Part shown: positions 36,386 through 49,940 of the stretch, in pieces
Numbering within the stretch: position 1 is the stretch's first letter
Layout: each line of letters opens with the position of its first letter
Source of the DNA: Somniosus microcephalus
Lineage: Eukaryota
Length of the DNA stretch: 64,000 nucleotides
Assembly (NCBI GenBank): GCA_052327205.1
Contig: CM126216.1
Span: 110,794,001 to 110,858,000 of the forward strand
Direction of reading: 5' to 3'
Notes under the pieces: model-generated
Seen by the model: the letters and a program-made list of their open reading frames with translations, nothing else
Told to the model about the DNA's origin: nothing
Databases searched by the model: none
Program-made: the position numbers and the translations under genes

Positions 36386-37699
36386 CCTATGTTTTTATAA
36401 TTCAAACTGAATGACCTCAGATGTTCCTTTAACAATTAATAAGACCCAAATGCATAACTTGAAATGCAGTGAAGATACGGGGTGACAACAGTGCAGCGAT
36501 TCTCACAGCTCGCTTTCCCAGTGTTCGTGATGTTCCGAAGAATAAAGACAAAATCCCAACACCAGTCTCTGTTGCAGCGCGTTACATTGGACGGGGGGAG
36601 CGTAAAGCTTGATTTTATTTCTCTTGACAAGTATTTGAGACATTTTCATAGACTGTGTGTGTGTGTGCAACGGTGTATTGGTAAAAGATGAAGGGTCAGG
36701 TGAGCCGGTTGGAGGGGGTTGCACTTTCGATCTGTTTTCGCTGTGCTGAGGCTAGTTACCGTTTTAATAAGGTATCCAGTCAGAAGCAGAAAGTTGATTT
36801 TTCTACCTGACTGAACCCATTCAATAAACAGGACCGAGAACCAATAGATCGATGTTTACTTTATTGGTGACTTCGGACTAAATCACGGAGGAACGGGCCG
36901 TAGACCCGAGGAGAATGATAAATTTATATAAAGCAATTATTAGCCCTGACGAATGTTTTCCCACTTAATGTCAGGCAGTGCGACTTAATTGCGTGAATAA
37001 TTGTTATATGAGGGCTGGTGTCTAATACTTCACACCAGATAAACATCACTTTCTTTACCCAGTTGTACATTTGTCCCCGCAACCCAAAAAAAAACCACCC
37101 TCAGAAATATGAAATGTACCCAGAGAAAAGAACGGGTTGTGGGAGAATTGCAGCACTCGTTTAAAGTGTACCATTTTTACACAATAATTGCAGCATTCAC
37201 TGCAACCACCGTTAAAGTATCGCCAGTGTGGTAATTTTGCGGAATGAGCTGTTCCCATTTATATGATCTATCAGATATAGACATTGGGGCATATTTGCAT
37301 ATTCATATATTTATATAATGATGAGTGAACCCATTACGATGCCCTCTCTGCCATCAACACCGATCTGAGTCAGGACGATCCAAACTTTATGGAGTCGTTA
37401 CTTGCAATGTTGCTTGAGGATAAATGGCCATATAAGGGAAACAGCACGAAGCCGCGCTTTTCTTAAAGGGGGCACTATAAGTTCTTGTTGGGGTGGGGGT
37501 AGGCACAAAAGAATAATCACTGAGTGCTTCGGCTCTTGCCATATTTCACAACGCGGCGCTTCTGTAACGGGAGGAGGGTGGGGTGGGGTGGGTGGGGAAA
37601 GGGGGGGGGGGAGAGGAGGGCCAATTTCCAGACATAAGGAAATCTCCACTTGAGATCAGACGGGTGCTGGGCCCGGCGTTAAGTGCAGCCCCTTGTGTT

Positions 37700-37790
37700 T
37701 GCACAGGGTGTCGTCGCGTCACGCAGGCGCCTGATCCAATCAGCGCCGAGCTGACACTGATATTAAGGGGGAAAGTTTGTGTTGGGCGAA
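37700..37790 (+). promoter_or_regulatory. Pax6 P0 promoter
   Basis: CCAAT at 37736-37740 and TATA-like ATATTAA at 37760-37766 followed by GGGGGAAAGTT, as recalled for the mammalian P0. Confidence 0.75.
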
Positions 37791-37953
37791 AAGCCGTCCC
37801 AACGTCCCGGTGACATTTAAACTCTGTGCGAGCAGCCCAATGTGGAAAAAAATAAAGCGACACCAAAAATAAAAACCCAACCTCCCACGGTTTCTCTTCC
37901 ACCGACCGTACTGGGGGCAACCACAGCCTGCATCACAGGGCGACTTGATTCAG
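37790..37953 (+). other. pax6: Pax6 non-coding exon 0 (start approximate)
   Basis: Downstream of the TATA-like box; candidate donor CAG|GTATTG at 37953/37954. Confidence 0.5.
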
Positions 37954-38579
37954 GTATTGTGGCTCCGATCTTACCTCACCGCTGCTGTCTGTTGTGGCTT
38001 CTTACCGGCACCTTCTCTATCTGTTTTCCTCTCTTTATTGTGTGTCGACTAATTTGCATTTTATCCTTTCATCTCTTTCTTTTTTTGTTGCTTTCCACCC
38101 CTAACCTTATTTTTTTGCTATACATTTTCGGTGACCTGTCTGCTCCGGGTTTATGTGTGTGTGATCTAACTTTTCTTTCGAACCGAAATCTTTGCATTTC
38201 GAGGACGTTTCTACAGATTGCACGAGTTCGCACTTATTGCATCTATTGCGACGAGCGGCGTGCAAATTTGAATTAGATAAGGCGGATTTCATTTTAAAAA
38301 TGTACTGTTACAGGAAGCCACAACTGCTCATTGCGGGGGGGGGGGGTGGGGTTGGGGGGGGGGAGAGACAGACTGTGGGATTGCAGCAAAGTTGCTCTCA
38401 ACATCTGTTAACAGGTGGCGCGGAAACAGACCAAAGCTTTTTCTGTTGTCAGTTGTCTGTCTGGGGTCGGGGGTGGGTTGAGGGGGTGGGGGGGGGGGCA
38501 ATGAAAAGACGGTTAGTTAGTAATTCTGCACCCCCCACACACACTCCTCAATCAAACGCTGGGAGGGTGTGTGTGGATG

Positions 38580-39560
38580 GGTATCTGTGTTCTCTTTCGA
38601 AGCTGCCGGCGGTTAGCTCACCTCTAGCAATAATTAAAAATAAAATAGGTGACAAGGCTGAAGAATGTGCTTCACGCCGCCCTGGCAGCAGTTTTAAATC
38701 CCAGGAAATTGTTTGATTTCTGCTCGGCGTTTGGGCGGCGTATAATTAACTCTATTCAGCGAGGTGAAGCACCGGCTTCATGTTACACCGGTCTCTGTCA
38801 CACCCTTGTGCGTGTCAGGGGGGGGCTCCATAAGTCGGGGCGATTTTAGGGGAGATTAGGCGCTGCCAGTTTACTCGTGGACATCAAGCATGTCACATTA
38901 AGAATGCAAAAAATTAGGAAATTTAAAGGAAGCGTCTTAGAGGGCAACCCAACTGCGGCTATGTTAAGGAGGGATTGCTCCCATTTCACTGGCCGGGATA
39001 ATTGCACTGTAGTCACCAGCCTAAAGCTACCCTGTGTGGGAATCAAGGTTAGAATTTAGCAACCCTCTTTTTTTTTAAAGAATCTTGTGGGAAATATGGT
39101 TTCGTTTTTTTTAATAATTAATAAAAAAACACAGACCAACTCACCTTAAGTGGTTCCACTTTGCTGTGTGCATCCCAATTTTTCCCCCTCTGTCAGGATC
39201 ATAAATCATTCAGAGAGATATTCCGAGGTAGCTCTTCTGGGTACGGCTGGAGTTAAGGTATTGGAGATGAAGGTACTACTGTATATGGGGGCACACCGTT
39301 AGTGGACCATACCTCGGTAATAAATCAAGCGCCCTGCATTACAGACCCTCCTCTCTAATTAGAGATGTTTATCAGAGATACTGTTTATCCAGCTGTCATG
39401 TCGAGATAGGCCTGTAACATAATTGCCCTGACTAGAAGCCCTTTGCCTGAATACCCCCCTCCCTCCTACTAATGTACATATAAACCTAATACATTTCGCA
39501 TAGAATGTGCTTTGAAGCAGATTCTCTCACTGACCTTTTCAGGCATCTCCTGATCTAGCA
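38580..39560. promoter_or_regulatory. Putative intron-0 conserved elements (~38580-38790 and ~39310-39550)
   Basis: TAAT/TGACA-rich unique blocks between P0 and P1; conservation not tested. Confidence 0.4.
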
Positions 39561-42500
39561 GCGTTCTCTAGGTGTTAATAAATACATCTATCCTCCATGT
39601 GTGATCAGATTAAGAGACTGATTAACCATTGGACGGGGTTTTCCTCTTAGAGTTGCGTAACATAGATTGTGCGGGGTTTTTTTTGTTAATTTTTGTAAAC
39701 CGAGTATGAATGACACTAGAAAATTAACCAGCAGAGAGACACAGCGAAGATTCACCCAGAGTGCAGGCGGAGAGCAATGGGGTATTATCTCATTTGTGTC
39801 GGTATTATAGCTTAAAATACATTTTGTGTTCAATGCACAGATAGGCATAAAGTATCCGCAAGGCACGGGCGCTGGGATAAGTTGTCAGAAATCGTGCATC
39901 TCCACAATCTACCGACTGGACTAGACAAGAGGACTTTTAAGTATTCTGAGGATTGTGAAAGGTACTTGGTAGTTTGGTTTGCTAATACTAGGAGACGAGG
40001 TCAGTTTTTGCACGAGTACGATTAAGTGATTTAGACTTCTTGAGGCTGAGAAGGATGGGGGGGGGGGGTTAAAACGTTAATTTACCAACTTATTAGCTCT
40101 CCTGAAACCAAATCTACTCACCGCGGCCTTGGGAGAGCAGGTCGTCTAAATCAGGCGACTTTACAACGACACAGAATCCTAGAGAGACGTAATCTGTGAT
40201 TGTCAGAAGACCTGTTCAAACGAATTGCACAGATGGTTTAATATACTTTTCGACAAGGTAATTTTCGGGGTTTTGTACACAATCTATGAGCTGACACAAC
40301 CTCTGCCACAATGCCTGTACAAATAAACGAAGCATGTTTTATAATAATGCCTTTAATTGGGTGATTTTTGAACATTTTTGTTCCAGGCAGACAGTGTTTT
40401 AATCGCACTGTGCTGCACCAACCTGCGCTAACGGTAATGATTAATGTTAGTAACCCACAGGCAAGAGAACCCTGGTGTGGAGCCATTGGCCCCTGTCACC
40501 TAATCCCTTATTGATTTAAAAAATCAAAAACTAATCTTAACTGCCACAGTAAAACACAGTTTATTTGATCAAGTCTCTACAAAGAGCAGGAGCGACTGAT
40601 TTTAAGCGGGCCATATGCATTCTTCTAGATATGTTATGTTCCTTGTAGACAACATAATTATAAATGTGTGTGTGTCTGTGACATTGGGTTTTCTCTCCTT
40701 GGGAAAGGACAGGATTTAAGTTCTGGGGTTTTTCTCAGTCTTGTCAGACGAGCTATATTACTTAAGACAGATGAATGGAAAAAGTTTCAAAGCATAGTAT
40801 GACCACCACATAATAAAATGCAACCCTAACATCATGTAATGGTGCATCCATATTAGCAATCATTTCACAAAATATCCTTTCATAATGTTGGTGTCATTTT
40901 CAATCAGGTACCACGCAAGCTTTTGTTCAAGCACTTTAGTTTTTTTTTAATTTTGGATCAAGTTTATTTCTTATTCCTGGTTCCAGTAATTGTGTTTCCG
41001 CTTTTTTTTGCAGTCCTGTCCAATATCAACTTTCTTAATCTTCATTTCCCTTCATTTTGTATTCTGGAGTTGTAGGGCTGGAGAAAGTCCTTTGAGTTCA
41101 TCGCTCATAACAAAACAAGAAGCTTTTGACAAGTTCATGGTCCTTTTTTTTCTCCTCCCAGTTATTTTTTTTTACACAACACTTTTGATATTCAAATTTA
41201 AAAGTGCTCCAACTAATTCGGCCCTACTGTCTAAAAATCAGAGCAGGGATCGCCAAATCACCGTTCCTTCTTCTGTTGTGTGTCCCGCAGAAAATAAAAC
41301 AGAACTTCCGCCTGAGATTCCCATTTTAATTTTTTGTTTAAAAAAAGCCCCTCTGTGCTTCACACATAACTAAATCCACATTCGGATCACACTGGTGCTA
41401 TCGGTTGTTTTCTTTTTTAAATGTCATTTTGCAAAAAATGCAATCTGGCAGCAGGATAGCCCTGTAAAGTCCAAGTTAAAAGACTTATTAAAGCTGCATT
41501 TTTCTCTCTCTGTGTGGAAGGCCGGAGTTCAGTTAGTAGCTAAGTTCAGTAAAATGGCGTCACTCCGTTCCTCCTACCAAACTCAAGAGAGAGAGGGAGG
41601 GAAATATTTTTTTTTGCATGGATTCTCCCCCCCCCCCCCTCCGCAACACCCACCCACCCACCAGATAGGAAAAGCTGTCGATCAGGTGAGTTCCTGATAA
41701 CTCTTTCTGTAAACATTTTAGAGAATTAACGTGTTCAGGTACAACAACAGAACTCCCAAAACAGGCCTGGTTGGGATTTTTAAATATATATATCTATCTA
41801 TATTAGTGGTGCAATGATACTGAAGTCGAAAACGGTGCACCAAAGGCAATGAGGAATTCGACCCCCCCTAACAATTAGAGAATTATTGTAATGATAAACC
41901 TTGGCTACTGTGCTTTCCCATTGGCTGCTAGCGCCTATTCCTAAACTCCCAGGCTCTTTTGGGTGATGCGCTTTAATAAACCCCTTTCTCTCGGAGAATG
42001 ACGTCAGTTGCATTCAGTATTTCCCTCCCTCCGCATGATTTTTTTTGTGTTGAGTGTGTGTTTAAAACTTTTTTTTTAGCGGGGCCCCCACAAAGAACAC
42101 TTTGCCCCGGGGGAAATAGCGACAAGATTAAGGTCTCCTGGCCCGTATTACTGGGTGCTAATCCGGAGTGCGCTAATTGAGCTCGCCGCGAAAGAGAGAG
42201 AGAGAGAAATAAATCACCATGGTCGCCTGCGGACTTAGAACCAACTTTACTTCTTCTAATTTTGTTTGTTGATGGGAGGCGCTTTTACTTCCCCCAAAAA
42301 AAGCTACTGTCCAACTAGCTGCAGAACCAACTGATCCGAAGAGTCGAGTTCTTTTTATTGAACGCTCTCCCAAAAAAAAGGTGGAAATACATTTAAAATT
42401 GACTTCTTTTTTAAAAAGAGAGAGAGAGAGAACGGCGGGGCGGATACTCTCCTGCAAATAATCAGACTCTGACTAATGCACTATTGTTTCCAGCTAATTT

Positions 42501-43765
42501 GCAAAGCTTTTCGGAGCCACACCTACCAAAGGAAAACGGGTTTGTACTTTAAGAGAAAATAACACGGACATTGCTTTTGTTGCGACTGTGGGGTTTCGGC
42601 TTTGAGTTCTGTGCGAAACTTGGGAAGAGGTTTTTTTTTCGTGTGTGTATTTCTCTCCTCCTTTTGGCATACATTACCAATTCGACAAGTTTCTATGCGC
42701 TGTAGTCAAGGCCTTGCGCTTATTTCAGCGCTGGCTGGCTGGCTCCCTGTGTGTGTTTACGGTCAGAAAATAGTTACAGGTTTGAATTGTGAAAGTTCAT
42801 TTTAATACAAGGACGCCTTCTTTATTTTAACACCTGCACTTTACCGGATCTAGTTGCAAACTTTAATGCGCCGGCCTGCGTCTGAATCTCCCCTCTTCTG
42901 GGATTTTTAAAATGTTGTTTTCTTGCGGTTTGAAGTCGCACTTTGGGAAAGCGAAAGGCGAGCGATCCGGTGCAACTCCCGCACCTCGCCGTGTGACCCA
43001 AGTGGTGTTTTTGCTATCAAAAAAAAAAGTAGTGGGATTTTTCTTGTGTCTGTGGCATTGCAAGGCGAGTCTTGTCCTCTTCGCCATAATAGAACGGGCA
43101 AGATTCTGCCCTTTAAGCAGTTAAAAGCGATTCCCCACCCACCCGCCTACCCACCACCTCTCTCTCTCTCTCTTTGGACATTTGCTGTGAGAGGGCCCAC
43201 GTTCCCAAGCAAACTCTGCACTCGGTCACAGCGTGACCTGTAACTCCCCTAAAACAAAAACATGCATTCTGGTTTTTTTATTCCACCCTCTTCCGCCCCC
43301 CCCCCCTCCCGAAGTGACCAGTAGTTACCGGATCTCCTCGAATGTATAAAGATTGGAAATATTCCATTTGGATCCAGGACTATTGGTGTTCGGTGAGGGG
43401 AGAGGATAGCAGAAGGGAGTTGGGTCGATATTAAGAGAGTGGCAGCTCTCGCCAGGACTCGAGATGACAGTGCATGACGGGCTCGGCAGCTCATTATCCA
43501 GCTCCCATTGAGGCGTCCTTTTCAGTCAGATGCAAAGTATTTGGCAGAGTCGTTTGTCTCCGCATTGTACTTTAGTTAGGAATGCAATGGTTGTCAGTGC
43601 TCTTATTCACTTTCAAGATACTTTATTGATGAGCTCTGACTTTTAGCACTTTTCACATGTCAAGAGAAGTCAAGTGTATGCATCCACGACTTCATTTTAT
43701 GCTTTGCGCGTTTCTTCAGACTCCCACCCTTCCATCGCCCTTTTTTTCTTCCTAACTGCTTGCCG

Positions 43766-43821
43766 TCTCTCTCTCTCTCTCTCTCTCACTCGCTCTCTCT
43801 CTCTCTCTCTCTCACACACAC
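43766..43821. repeat. Compound (CT)n(CA)n microsatellite ~1.1 kb upstream of exon 1
   Basis: Direct observation. Confidence 0.9.
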
Positions 43822-44899
43822 GCTCTATTCCAATGGGATAAATAATGGAGACACCCTGAGCCGAGACTGGTGCTACCTATGTAACCTCAAACCAGGCGCT
43901 GAGGGGTTGCTTTGCAGTGCACTGAGGTGTGCATTAATAGTAGCGCATTCAACAAATGTAGTTCTGGTGTGTGGTCAGCGGCGAGTTCATTTACTTACTT
44001 TCCCTGCGATTTTCTGGCAGCCGGCGAAATGGCACAGCCGATTGGAAATGATCAATTAAAACTAATAGAGCTTGCGCTGAGCTTCTGCAATACCGGCGGC
44101 ACGGGCTCTCGGTGGAGCGTGTTAAATATGCTTTTTTTTTCACCTCCCCAACCCCCTCCTCGCTCCAAAAGTCGGAGCATCTCCTTCAGAAAAGTTGAGG
44201 TTTAACTTATTCCAGCCACAAAAAAATGCTAATAACAGCCACGGGCAAACAAAGGGCGCGTGGGAGAGGTTTGTGAGTGTTTTCTGTGCAGGCACTTCAG
44301 GCCTATTTACCAGAGCCTCGAATCCACAAAGTAAATGTGTATTTAATCAGCTGCTGTCAAGGGGACGGGAGTGCCCCTCTTTGCTCAGAACATTACCAGA
44401 GATGGGTAATTTGTGTTAATTCATCATGGACCTAAATGTATATGGGGTTTTTTTAAAGGTAAAAAGAGAATATATATATATTATAAATATCCATAGTCAT
44501 TTTAAATGACTACTTTATAAAGGTCATCTTAATGTAGAGATGGGAAAAATCCATTTAAATTAAGCCCATCCATCTAATAACTGCGATTGTCAAAGCAATT
44601 GGTGCCTGACATTTTAAAAATCATTTTAGCCATCTTCCAAAACCATCCCCTGAACGAAGCAAAAAATTCTTAAAATGTTCAATTCATGTAAAATTACATT
44701 ACAAAATGTATATATATTATATATATATAATAATAGTGTGTATGAAAGTTTTATCGCACGATTCGGTGCAGTAACACCATGGCCACTCACTTGGTGTTAT
44801 TTCTCCGAATCCTGCGGTAAAACTTTTACACACACTAAATATATCCAGGAAACCCCCCCATGCATGCACGAAAGGCAAATGCAGCAGCGAGGACTGTCT

Positions 44900-44980
44900 C
44901 TTGTGCCCGCTTGCCCGGCCTGCTCGCCGTCCCCTTTGCTTTGCATAAGGAGATATTTATTTGTGTGCATTTGCATGCGG
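44900..44980 (+). promoter_or_regulatory. Pax6 P1 promoter
   Basis: GCTTTGCATAAGGAGATATTTATTTGTGTG and octamer ATTTGCAT (44969-44976), resembling human P1. Confidence 0.75.
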
Positions 44981-45197
44981 TGCATAAAACCGTGTGGAGT
45001 GATTAGTGGGTTTGAAAACGTGCATTTCCCGCTCTGGTGAGGCGCAGGGAGGAAGTGTTTTCCTTGCGGATGATGACAAAGGTCACCCTCTGCTAATGGG
45101 CCAGTGAAGTGAAGTGGAGGCGAGGCGAGGCGAGGCGAGCGCACCTCCTGAATCCAGACATACATTAATACAACTAGCACCATCAGCAATCAGCTAG
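44960..45197 (+). other. pax6: Pax6 non-coding exon 1 (start approximate)
   Basis: GGAGTGATTAGTGGGTTTGAAAA, CATTTCCCGCTCTGGT, GAGGAAGTGTTTT and GCTAATGGGCCAGTGA blocks as in human exon 1; donor CAATCAGCTAG|GTGTGC. Confidence 0.85.
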
Positions 45198-45362
45198 GTG
45201 TGCTCTCTCTCTCTCACTCTCTCTCTCTGTCTCTCCTCTCTTGTCTTTCTGCCCTCCTCTCTCTCTCTCTCTCTCCTGTCTCTCCCTCTACCCGTGCATC
45301 AACAACTCCCTCTTTCCATAGTGACAGTAGATTTCATTGTCAATCTCTGTCCCCTTCGCAAG

Positions 45363-45373
45363 AATTTGCCCTA

Positions 45374-45406
<33 letters not shown>

Positions 45407-45509
45407 AGAAACTATAATTCACTGGCAAGTCTTAAAAAAAGTCGCCCGTCATATCCCATCTTAACTGTTAGCAGGACGTGTTGGCAGCGACGCAGAATGC
45501 CCCATAAAG
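45363..45509 (+). other. pax6: Pax6 exon 2 (5'UTR, contains a (GT)n tract and uATG at 45497)
   Basis: Acceptor TTGTCAATCTCTGTCCCCTTCGCAAG| (less certain); donor ATGCCCCATAAAG|GTGAGT. Confidence 0.8.
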
Positions 45510-48500
45510 GTGAGTTTATTTGCTTTCCTTATATTTTATTTATTGCACTTTTGGGGCATCTTATTTAACAATTCTTAATCGCAAGCGAAAGCTAAGTTTC
45601 CTTCAGTTCCCACCTATGATTTATTGCCTAACTCCGATTTAGTGTAACATTATTTTACACTTTAACGAGATTTTTTTTATCATTTGAAAAGGTTATTTTG
45701 AAATACTGCATTGAGCAAACGTGCACTCCTTAAGGGGGCAAATATATCGCTGGGCAATCTTTAGGAAATTCAATGGGAATTCAGCGAAATTCTCGGCCGT
45801 TGTGTGTGACCGTTCTCTCGTTTTAACTTGTGGATTATTTTCTATTCCTCTCTACCATTCATCAAGCCGTTTACTCTCTGCTTGACTTGTATTAATGACC
45901 ACAGATTTATTTTAATCGGATTCGGCGGCAACGCATCCGTGTATTTTAACAGGAAAACAAATAATTTTCCGAACGATGCACCATTTAGTTAAAAAAATCC
46001 CCTTATTCTCCCCCCCCCCCACCCCCCCCCCCCACCACCACCACCACCCCTTGGGCAAATGTAACCCAGGCGTCACTAGAAATGTGTTTGAGATGCTGTA
46101 ATGTGGGCTTGTCTAACGTCATTTTTTCTGCATGTTTATAAGTCGTTGATGTTTATTAATGATAAGAAAGAGTAAAATAAGTCACTTTAGGCCAAAGCTC
46201 GCTGTTTGAGGAAGGTGCAATGACCCGGCGATGCATAGTGTCAGTTTGAATTAAGCAATCAGGCGATTCATTAGAGCCGTTTGCACAGAGTGTTTCCAAC
46301 TCTTCATAACTCTATACAAACGTTAGGGTTGTTTTTTTTTTAATCTAGATATTAACGTGCTTTACCTTCTCGAGAATCAATGGGCTGAGCGAGTTAGCTC
46401 CAAAAGCTACATGCGTCCCTGTTAAAACGCTAATTAATTGAAAGGAGACTTCTCTCCTCGGCACGGCTTCCATGAATTCATTCGATCAATATTTCTTCCT
46501 CCGCTTCAAACCAGATTCTAGTGTATTACAAACTTTGGGTTTTTTAAAAAAAAAGAATCATAATAGCCATTTAAAACGAGCATGGCCTGGCGAGAAAAGC
46601 CAAGTACATCAGTCTGTGATGTGTATTTTTAGGGGAGGATATTAATACGCATTCGCAATTTAGACCGAAAATTTGACGTTAAATTCCGATTCAACAAGAA
46701 GCAATAATAAGACATTTAACATTGAAGAGCTGAAGTATACAGATCTGTCTCTGTAAGATTTAAACTGCCTCAACTACTCGATATTATAATAAATTAATAA
46801 GCGCTCACCCGAACTGTTCCGCACCTCACGTTATTATAAATAAGACTTCCAATTTCTGCTGCTAAAAAAAATCAGTGCAGATTTCTCCATATTGTGGGTA
46901 TAAGTGTTCCCATTACTGACTGCACGCATCTTAACAGTCAGAAACTGGGAAATAGCAGCGCAGGTGGGAATAATATTTCTACATTTTTTTTAAATGCACG
47001 AAAAGTTGGCAGTGGTTTTTTTAATGTAGAAATGTGGAGGATAAAGAGAAAAATGAAAGTTAGAAAAGGACATAGGAAACGGCGGGTTTATTGTGTCATT
47101 TGCGGGTGTGCTTTTGAGATGTAATTCAATACTTGATAACATATATCCTCAGCCAGCGTTGAAGGAAGGCAAGGCCCATGGAAAAGGGTGAGAGTTTGGC
47201 TCGAAATCGACAGTAAGATACAAAATAAGAACGATCACAATCGGTGTATTTGACGCCCGCGGTTAGACTTACATATTAATATATATATATTATATTATAT
47301 ATATCTATATATATACAGAAAGGGAGATACAGATACAACTCTCAGCTGGGCCTTTGAGAACTGCTTGTTCAGCACTTGTTTTCATCACTGCACCGAACAG
47401 ACCATAGTAAACAGTGGGCTTAAAATACTAGCACTGGAATATGTCAGGACGCTATCAGCTGCTGATTTCTTTTTATTATGAATATTATTAATTTAAAAAG
47501 ACATTTTGATAAGGCAATAAAAAGGCGTGCGAACTTTTCACAAAGTGACAAATCGCTTTTTTTTTTGCAAACCGAGTAATTAGGAAAACATTTCCGATAC
47601 CGCAGAGGGGAAAAAATCCAATCACAGTCAAAAAAGAAATCTTTATTTTTTTGTTGTTATTATTGAAGAAAATTGTTGCAAATGTAACGGCCCTTGCTTA
47701 AAGTGAGAAAACACAAATGATCTTTCTCGGAGTCTCCGGGACTGGCTGCAGTTGGAGAAGTTAAGCGCCCGGGTATCTCCTGCTCGCCTGAGTTCTGGAG
47801 TAATCAGGTAGCCACCCTTCCTTGCTGTCAATATTTACGCAGGGAAGTCTGCATGCTGAGAGAAAGTGTTTGTTTGAAGTTTATTTTTTTTGGTGTGTGT
47901 GTGTGTGCAGGAATAGATGACAAAGCTAGTCTATAAATTATTTTCCGCTGGTGTGTAATGAATAGAAAGAAGAGGGGAGAGAGGAAAGGCGAGCGTTGGA
48001 GAATTTAGCTCAAGATGTAATAGTGGGGTGGGGGGCACAATATGCGTTATACTTATGGTGGCAAAAGCAAAAAGAATAAAGTATTTCGAGAAAGAGAAAA
48101 TGAAAGCTGGTCTATTTCGTTATTGTACCCCTCTTTTACCAAACCCCTTGAATAGATCCTTTATTGTGATTGTCTTCTCGCAATTGAGCGCCCCACGGAG
48201 CTGTTGTGTCTTTTTACAACCCTTAACAACCCATACCAGCAACACAATTACCTCCAGATACTCATAACAGAAATTACTTGTTTTATTTCGGGAGGTGGTG
48301 GGGGGGGGGGGAGTGATGGGTGGAGTGAGAGGGAGGGGGGAAATAAAGCAACCCCCCCCCCTCCCCACAAAAAAATAATTCTACACAGTCACTGTTCGAT
48401 GTTGAAGAAAGTTTGTCCTTCTATCTTGAGTGAGTGTGAGTTGAAGAGTGCACTGCGTTTAACTGGACGCTGTGTGGCTGGCTGGGGAGCCTAGGAGGGA

Positions 48501-49508
48501 GGGAGGGAGGGAGGGAGAGAGAGGGGGGGGGCTTGCTCTCTGAGTTTGGGCTGTAAGCAGAATAGAAAGCATTGTTCACTTTCTGTAGTCTTTGTCGATC
48601 AGTTCTGACCCCCTCCCGTTACTACTTTTTAAGCACTGAGGCGAGGTAGACAGCGTGTGTCAGAATACCTAAGCATAAAAGAAGATCTAAAGACCAGGGA
48701 AGAAAGTTAATCAAGAGTAACTAAGTTCAGAAGTATCTTATAGAGTACAGTACATTAAGAAGTTTTTTTTTGGTGGAAGCCTAGTCTGTTGAGCCCAAAA
48801 GAAAGCACAGAACTCCTGGGCTATCCAAAATAAACAGTGCAGAATAATATACGGTATTTGCATCGGCGAAACACCACAGAGGTTTACAATAAGGCGCGTC
48901 CCCCCCGAAACCAGACACGAAATAACTGAGTTTAAATATATTTCCAAGGTATTAAAACACGAGACCACTTTCCACGCATGCCCCTGACGCTATGAGACAG
49001 CGCGACTGCACTGGTCAGCTTCACCATTAAGAAACTGAAGCAATAAGACCGGGGCCACTCTCTCACACACAACAAGAAACCCGTGTGAGGAGGCAAAGCA
49101 CTTTCGGACGGGCCTCGGTCAAAGTTCCTGAGTTGAATAAAATTGGGTGTTTTCACTGTGGGCGATGTAAGATAGAATTCGGGCGGAAATTCTTACCTCC
49201 CTCTTCAAAGTATCTGATAGGTGGTGGGAGTTGGGGGTGGGGGCGGGGGGTGGTGGGGGAACTTTGCACAAGAGAGGTACATGGTCATAAAAGGAGCGGT
49301 CCCCATTGCTATGTTTGTCCAACCTTTACGCGACCCAGTTCCAAGGCCAAATGCCTTTAAACAGTCAAATTGTTGCGGAGTGATCGGATGCATATTCTGG
49401 CTAAATAGGGAAATTCAGGGAACTGCACCAATAATATAATTTTTTTTTTTAAAAAGCACCCACCAGGTTACCATAATAAACTTTTTTTTTTGCTTTTTTT
49501 TCCAATAG

Positions 49509-49572
49509 AGGGAACACTTTAACTAGTGACAAACAGATGTCTGTGGTCACAGACTGCCAACACAGCTTTCAG
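49509..49572 (+). other. pax6: Pax6 exon 3 (5'UTR) with a GC donor
   Basis: Poly-T acceptor CCAATAG|AGGGAACACTTTAACTAG (human GGGGAAGACTTTAACTAG); donor TTTCAG|GCAAGT. Confidence 0.8.
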
Positions 49573-49885
49573 GCAAGTTTTGAAATATTATTGCTTTCAA
49601 TCATTCGGGCAGCATTTAAAAATTGAAAATTCCAAACAAACCTCAATGCCAGCAAGCGATTGCTTTGTATTAAACACACACACACACATATATAAATATA
49701 ATATATAGTGTGGCCGCTCGCGGCTTCTGCGAAAGATACTTGTTTAGTTTTTAGCAATTATTTTTTTGTAATTGTGCTCTTTATAGAGCATTTCAGAGTC
49801 AGCTTTCTCAGCGATGATAGGTGTTTCCAAAAACCTTGTTGTCTGTGACTTGACCCTGATTAACGCATACTTTTATTACTATTAG

Positions 49886-49940
49886 AATACGATAAGCAAG
49901 CCACGTGGGACACTGGTGTAACAATTCAACATGCAGAACA
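49886..49940 (+). CDS. pax6: Pax6 exon 4; start codon at 49931 (MQN)
   Basis: ATTAG| acceptor; ATGCAGAACA|GTAAGT. Confidence 0.93.

Noticed and set aside
37842-38716. 144-aa and 174-aa ORFs downstream of P0
   Set aside because: Non-ATG starts, low-complexity translation, located in exon 0 and intron 0
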